From contig JAHDYR010000022.1 of assembly GCA_019828565.1 (NCBI GenBank), positions 1 to 64,000 of the forward strand: DNA of 64,000 nt. The letters run 5' to 3'. This document shows, in pieces, positions 61,267 through 64,000 of the stretch (position 1 is the first letter of the stretch; every line of letters starts with the position of its first letter). Source of the stretch: Carpediemonas membranifera BICM. Taxonomy: Eukaryota > Protista > Fornicata. The translations under genes and the position numbers were made by a program. The notes under the pieces were generated by a model. It was not told where the DNA came from. It ran no database searches and saw only the letters and a list, made by a program, of their open reading frames with translations.

Positions 61267-64000
61267 ATGATGATCATTTGGCCTCGCATCCGAGTGTTTC
61301 TTGACACTCTGTATGGCGCTATAGATCAAGCGAGCACCACAAGCCTTCCAGCACTCTTATTTTTCCGAATAATTACTTTATGGATTGTTATCGGTTAGTA
61401 CGCCCATTGCGCGTTATCCAGAAGCTCTTGCTCAGCTTTTAGGCTCGGAATACCCATTAACACTCATATTACTCGAGGTAGTTCGCGAAGAAACCTCATT
61501 ACGGTCCATTTCCAGCGATTCATATTTCCTGGTCCTGGCGCTCGTCGCCATGGCCATCCGCGTCGCCCTGTTCGCCGCTCTGTACATAGCCCTGTACTTC
61601 AGCCGATCCTCCCTCTTTAGTGCTGCCCCCAGTGTCTCCAGCTTTGCCAAGGTCGCGGCCAACCTGGTCTGGGCTGTGTTGATGCTAACGTCCGTGACCA
61701 CAACGGTGCTGGCTGCGCTCCCCCTCAAGATCAGTCTTGGGGATGGCGGGTGGCCGCTTGGCTTTGCGTACTTTAGGGCCATCACAGGGCCGTACCGTGT
61801 TGTGCTGGCGGTCGTATCAGCCGGGGTCCTTATCACTGAGTTCATGACGACGTCCTGGATGGCCATCGCTAGCTTCGTCCGTATAGACATTGCCCACGCC
61901 CACGGGTTTGCCCAGCTACAGTCCCACCGCATGCGAGTCGCCATGCTTGTTGTGTTCGTTGCCTCACCCGGCGTCCTCACCAGCGACGTTGTCGGGGTCC
62001 TGCTGACGTCTGCCGTCATCATCGCCTTCGTCATTACCCAACCCGGGACGTCGCCCATGTTCAGCATCCAGTCGGCCTTCCCCAGCGCCGTCGCACTCGG
62101 GTTCTTCGTCAGCGACCTCATCCTCCGTCTGTGGCCATTTGCTGAGGCGGGCGATAGGCCCCCGTTCGTGATCACCGTGGCTGGAGCTAGACTGTCGATG
62201 AACACGGTCGACGTGCGGTTTGCCATGTTGTCGGCGTACTCTTATGTGATCATCGCCGTGTTTACCATGCAGCTCATCAAGTTTAGACACGCCGTGCTAC
62301 ACATAGGGTACGGCGAGCACGCCCACCGCATCGCTGTCCGCCGCCTCGTTCTGATCCGGCGTGTCGGTGTCGTCCTGACGATGCCTCTCTTGCTAGCCCG
62401 GGCATGCATGGCGTCCATCCTCATCGCCGCTAGGAGGCTCCTCAGGCTGCCCGACGTCAAGCTAGAATACCTCCCCCTGCGACAGTGCGCTGCATGGCTC
62501 GACCGGATCCTGTACGGGCCCGACGATGCGGTGTACGAGGCCATCATCCTCGGACGACCCACAGCCCTCGAGGATTGGGCTCTCACGGGCAGTTACAACA
62601 TCAAGCCGCCAGGGAACACGTTCTCCGAGGCTGTGGCCCGCTACTACTGCGCGGTGTGGTCCGTCCCCTGCGATCCTCTCACTTCGATCCACTTTTTAGA
62701 CAGACGCACGCCGGCCGCAGAGCTGCATGCCGCGGCGACCATGGACCTGGGTCTGGCGCTGTTCTCGTTCCGGTCCCGTGTGACATCTGTGGCTGGACCT
62801 GTGGTCAGTGTCGAAGATCATGTCGAGGCTGACACGATTTCACTCCACACAGAGGGACAGCTGCACGCCCTGCTGCAGGGGCGGCGGGTGAGTGACCCTA
62901 ACGGGCTGCAAGAGGACGGCAATCAGAGGCCGCTGAGCATGTCTGCGTCGACGCAGCTCTCCCGGCACAGGAACATTTCCAGGGTTGGCATCGCCCTCAC
63001 GAGTCAGCGGGCCAGCCTGCTGCCCATCGGGTTGCTGGAGAGTTTTCGACCCATTATGGGCCGTGACTTCGGGCTGAAACCTGAGCGGCGTCTGTACTGC
63101 TGGCCGAGTGACATCCGGCAGCTGACGATCGACACGCACCTGTTCAATCGACCACATACAGACTGGATGCTCTCGCTGTTCACCTCATGCTTGCCCATGA
63201 CATCCCAGCTCCTACAGCTGCTGTACATTGGTGGGGTCAAGACCGGCCTGCTCGCTGTCGACGACCCGCACCACTGGACTGACTCCCAGGCTGCGGTAGA
63301 CACCGCGGTCAACGGCATCAACGACTTGACTGCGCTGGGTCTGCCCCTCTCCCAGGAGCTTCTCCGTGCCAGCCTCGTCCGGCTTCAGCACAGGGCGGTG
63401 ATGGTGACAAAGGGCTTGACGTTCCCCCATGTCGGGATTGAGATGGAACGGCTGAGGGGCGTTGTCTCCCGTATCCAGGAGAATGTGGTGGATATCGTAT
63501 CTGATATGGTCATATCTCAGATAAGGACCGTCATTGCAGTCGGCTGTATCCCAGATCTAGTTCGGGTAGACCGCGAGCAGTCATACATCGATCGACCAGA
63601 CCGCATCGAGGACCTCGCCGTGGTCCAAAGGTACGCCATCACCGACTTGAAAGACCAGCTGGCGTCGTCGGCCAGGATGTTTGAGTCGTTGATGACGACG
63701 GACCGGCGGTTTAATACCATTGCCCGGAACACCGAGAGTAGCACATTGCTGGTGTCGTACCGGTCATTCCTCATGACGACGTTCCTGGACACCCGGCGAT
63801 CGGCCACTATTGCTGGACGCATAGAGACGCTGGCAGCACAGATCGGGCTCTACGCAGAGGACGAGGAGGAGCGGGCTGCAGCAAAGAACGTGCTGCCCGC
63901 GCCCAACGCCGTGCTGCCCATGGTGCGGGGCGGGCCGACGGAGGCGAAGGAGTGGCACACATATGCGGCTGTGTGGAATAGATACCGCACGGCTATTGAC
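61267..64000 (+). CDS. Large multi-pass membrane protein, 3'-partial (exon 1 61267-61393, exon 2 61422 to beyond 64000); function unknown
   Basis: Hand translation shows a frame with no stop from 61373 to 64000 (~875 codons). It has many hydrophobic segments (YFLVLALVAMAIRVALFAALYIALYF; VVGVLLTSAVIIAFVIT) followed by a soluble region. It is absent from the ORF track because no stop falls in the window. The start is inferred through an intron; otherwise the first in-frame ATG is 61550. Confidence 0.82.
61394..61421 (+). other. Putative 28-nt spliceosomal intron
   Basis: GTTAGTACGCCCATTGCGCGTTATCCAG. Removal joins MMIIWPR...LWIVI in frame to E-ALAQLLG. The alternative acceptor at 61424 (31 nt) is also in frame. 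Confidence 0.55.

Noticed and set aside
57632-63958. Antisense or alternate-frame ORFs (e.g. 58199-59194, 59297-60034, 61432-62226)
   Set aside because: Shadow ORFs of the two real GC-rich coding sequences.

Overview
Eukaryotic (protist) chromosomal DNA. Positions ~1-56,589 are a head-to-tail rDNA array of almost six ~9.55 kb units, all on the minus strand. Each unit runs 5'ETS-18S-ITS1(~110 nt)-5.8S-ITS2(~115 nt)-28S, then spacer, a co-oriented 5S gene, and more spacer. No introns or R-element insertions were seen. The array stops abruptly inside the sixth 5S copy, just after a 10-bp palindrome. The adjoining unique DNA restores the first 8 nt of 5S and continues into a hairpin-dense ~230 nt block. 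Beyond ~1.2 kb of flank is a divergent gene pair: a 1123-aa Clu1/CLUH-family TPR protein (minus) and a multi-pass membrane protein gene (plus), which is missing from the ORF track, has a probable 28-nt intron and is open to the window end. The divergent rRNA, compact genes and tiny intron suggest a metamonad/fornicate-like protist; this is inference only. Short ORFs inside the array are treated as spurious, and many unit-to-unit indels look like long-read homopolymer errors. RNA gene ends are approximate, set by eye from conserved motifs.
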